Both the position numbers and the translations under genes were made by a program. Below the pieces are notes generated by a model that ran no database searches, was not told the origin of the DNA, and saw only the letters and a list, made by a program, of their open reading frames with translations. This document shows positions 61,195 through 64,000 of a DNA stretch of 64,000 bases, piece by piece. Numbering within the stretch: the first letter of the stretch is position 1; every line of letters begins with the position of its first letter. The stretch comes from Halocafeteria seosinensis (lineage: Eukaryota), in contig LVLI01000341.1 of assembly GCA_001687465.1 (NCBI GenBank), forward strand, positions 1 through 64,000. The letters are read 5' to 3'.

Positions 61195-61749
61195 CTAGGA
61201 GGCTGCAGAAGAAGAAGAAGCAAGACCTTCCTCGAGGTTTGCCCCGAGGCCGTTCTCTCCAAAGAAAAGTTCGCGAGTCTTCTCTGCAGGCAGACCATTG
61301 TGCAAGCTTGCAATCTTTAGGCACACCCCGTGTCTTAGCTCTTCATTCCGTATATAGTCCGCAGCCATCAGCAAATTTCCGAGTGTCGGAGTCTCCAAGT
61401 TGTCGAAGAAAGTGCGGTACCAATCTTCCAAGCGCTCAAACCATGACACGTCCTTGTTGCTTTGGTGTGAGAAGTCGCTGCGGCTGTCTTCCAGCTCCTC
61501 GTCGAACTCCTGCACACGCTTCACGGTGCTTGTGCCCTGCTCTATCGTCATTTTGTTGAATTCATTCATGAGTTTGAGTGTGTCACTCTTTATCTCCAAG
61601 GGCACCACTTCTCCTTCGTTCTCTGGGTCAAACAGTTCCTTGATATTCTCATTGAGAAAAGCCTCCTTCTTTGGCACCGTAAACTCCTCGCCATCGGACG
61701 ACCTCATCGTGAGACTTCCCTGGGGGGATGAATCTGATGCGGCTGCCAT
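61195..61749 (-). CDS. Divergent SKP1-like protein; intronless
   Basis: LTMRSSDGEEFTV, VVPL.IKSDTLKL, W...FF, LGNLLMAADYI, C..IASL..G...EKTRELF match the SKP1 POZ and dimerisation domains. The canonical terminal helix is absent. Confidence 0.75.
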   Translation of the reverse strand: MAAASDSSPQGSLTMRSSDGEEFTVPKKEAFLNENIKELFDPENEGEVVPLEIKSDTLKLMNEFNKMTIEQGTSTVKRVQEFDEELEDSRSDFSHQSNKDVSWFERLEDWYRTFFDNLETPTLGNLLMAADYIRNEELRHGVCLKIASLHNGLPAEKTRELFFGENGLGANLEEGLASSSSAAS

Positions 61750-63417
61750 TGTCTCTAGTTGACTGCAACACACAAGCGAAGCAAGCCCGTTTCATGAAGT
61801 CAGTCAGTCGTATAGTATCCAAAAACAACTTCTGACGCCTCCCTGCGGCATCCCCTGAGAATGGCTTTTTGTTGGTTTGGCAACCTAGGAAGTTCGACTC
61901 ACTATACTTGTATTCGGGATTCTGTTTAAGTTTATATGTTCACGTGAATCGCTTCGATTCAGAACTACTTTTTAAAATCCTTGCTTTTAAATTAGAGAGA
62001 GAATGAAGTTTTAACGAAAGAGAATTGTATTACAAACAAGACTGCTGCACTAACTTCTACCTGCACTAACTTCTAGCCGAAGGGCGGGAAGAAGTTTAAG
62101 AAGTTCCTTCAAGAAGTAATGAGAGAAATCGGAACTTCTGACGCAAACGCTGAAATAGATAAAACAAACCAAAACAAGGTAACCAGCGTCAAAAGTTCGG
62201 AAAAGAAGTAACATTCTTCGTCCGTGTTGCTGCTGTGGCAAATGTTAAACAACTGCTGCTTGTGTTCAGTGTGTGTTTATGGGTGAGTCGAGCAAGCTGT
62301 TCAGCACATTTACTGTGTACTATCAGCACACAGAGACTACAATGCATACTCGACGTAGCACAATCATTTCAAACTCGGTCCTGTGCAGCAAGAGAGCGGT
62401 TTGAGACAGAAACCAAGTTCCTGACCCTCCCTAAAGATAGGGGGTGAGCAGAGTCTCTACTCAGAGTCAACTGCCGCCGAGTGCCATCTGAGTCAGATGA
62501 TCTGACAATGTCAATCGGACATACGGCGTGGCGTAGTGTAGCATTTGCCGAAATCCCCCGGATGCCTTTCTATTTCTTCCCATCTTCTTAGCGAAAAAGT
62601 TTAATCGTCTATCTCATGCAAACAACCTTTGTCTTTGTTTGCGAGCTCATGCAGCAATTTCCGTCATTGGAATAACGGTGATTTGAAGCGAGAGACCTGG
62701 TAAAGGTCTTGGAACACACATTCAACAGGGTATCCTCCGGCGAGGAATTCAAGGTTGGAGTGAGATAGATAGGTTGCGATTCATTCACGTAAGAGCGACA
62801 TCAGTTATCCAATTATATGATATAAATGCACATATGTTCAAGCAGCCGAATGAATCTGTATCCCCGACAACCAAACGCAGGTTGTGTCCAGCCACCAACA
62901 CCAGACTCTTGTGGTATACAGCAGACAGATGGTTGGGGAACAGAAAACCAGCCAGTATCGTGCTACTACCACTGGTATTGTTATGTTATGTATTTCTTTC
63001 AATGCAACTCTTTGATGGTCGTTTTCCTTCCTAAAACTGTGGCACATGGCTTCTTTGTAAATTTTCGACCTGAGGCGACGGAAAGATTGCTCGATGGGTG
63101 ATCTATGGGCCCTAATGTATGGAATCTGATGGATATGCAAGACTTTTAACCCCGGATTGTCCTATACTGACTTCTTTTATCAATGCCTTTTTCATACACC
63201 AAGTGACGGCATTCCTGGGCAGTGCATAGAGGGAAAATAGAGGCCTGGCAACTACCTCACAGGCACTCTGTAGGCATCAGTCCATTTTCTTCGGCTTTCT
63301 ACAGCCATTCATAAAGATTCAGTGACATCCTCGAGTTGGAAAGAAAGAGGAGAGTGTTATATCCTCTGATTCTGAAGGTTTTTGTCTGCATGCGTGGACG
63401 GGATTGTGTGGAAAAAC

Positions 63418-64000
63418 ATGGCATCGAGTTCACGACCCTCCGCACACCAGAGCCTTTTGGATGAGGGGAACATCTGTGGCCAGACTTTGATACGTTTGGT
63501 CAGTCGTGGCAATGCGATTATCGCCGAGCTCAATCGGCTATGTGAGCACATTCCCAGCGCTTTCCTTCCTGGGTCCAGGGAGAGACAGTATGATCGGTAT
63601 AAAGATATCCTGTTTGACGCCCGCTACTTGAACGATCCTGATGCATTCAACCAGACCATTAACGAGAGCACGCAGCTCTCAGATCTGGATGAAGAGTTAC
63701 AGCAATCATGCGAAGGTATTCTCAGCCGGTTTCTTCAGCTCTTTGAAAGCATGTGCAAGTACTACAGAAACTATCTGAAGTTCTTAGAGGATCTGGAGAG
63801 TGGTTTCTATATTCACCTAACTATGGAGAGTGTTATACTAGACGCTGACGGCAAACAATTGATGTGCGAAGCATTATATCTGTTAGGATGCATGCTATTG
63901 CTTTTGGATGACAAAATACCAGGGAGAACAAGAGAATACATGTTGACCACGCACTATCGTTGGCAAGGAGAGGGTGCTGATGTTGACATTGAAGATTTAG
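63418..64000 (+). CDS. WASHC5: Strumpellin / WASH complex subunit 5 (5' part, runs off the window)
   Basis: ATG 63418 gives MASSSRPSAHQSLLDEGNICGQTLIRLVSRGNAIIAELNRLCEHIPSAF...YKDILFD...GKQLMCEALYLLGCMLLLLD, matching the strumpellin N-terminus. It is absent from the ORF track because there is no stop in the window. Confidence 0.93.
   Translation, partial: MASSSRPSAHQSLLDEGNICGQTLIRLVSRGNAIIAELNRLCEHIPSAFLPGSRERQYDRYKDILFDARYLNDPDAFNQTINESTQLSDLDEELQQSCEGILSRFLQLFESMCKYYRNYLKFLEDLESGFYIHLTMESVILDADGKQLMCEALYLLGCMLLLLDDKIPGRTREYMLTTHYRWQGEGADVDIEDL

Overview
Eukaryotic, gene-dense DNA from a flagellated protist (it carries RSPH3 and AK7; the lineage cannot be fixed from this window). Most genes have many short GT-AG introns of about 45-90 bp, so the ORF track splits them into fragments; I reassembled about 21 genes by eye. 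The window opens with two hAT transposon remnants, one with terminal inverted repeats (488-2078). The most notable system is a head-to-head pair: a fused FAD-oxidoreductase/SAM fatty-acyl methyltransferase (3642-7610, minus) and a DUF1365 gene (8137-9462, plus). Together they supply the three families that make methyl-furan fatty acids in Rhodobacter (UfaD/UfaM/UfaO), here as an intron-containing eukaryotic mini-cluster. Other candidates: a membrane-anchored BAF-like protein, an intronless NB-ARC/TPR (NLR-like) gene with N-terminal hydrophobic helices, an intronless secreted glycine-rich protein resembling phage/bacterial Gly-rich domains, a zeta-toxin-like kinase and a bacterial-type secreted alpha/beta hydrolase. 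Housekeeping genes: LRR protein, Arc1/AIMP1-like, RSPH3, tandem SCP2, DYRKP, SPATA20, AK7, ISN1, USP, ArfGAP, SKP1-like and WASHC5 (partial). All family calls come from motif recognition, not database searches.
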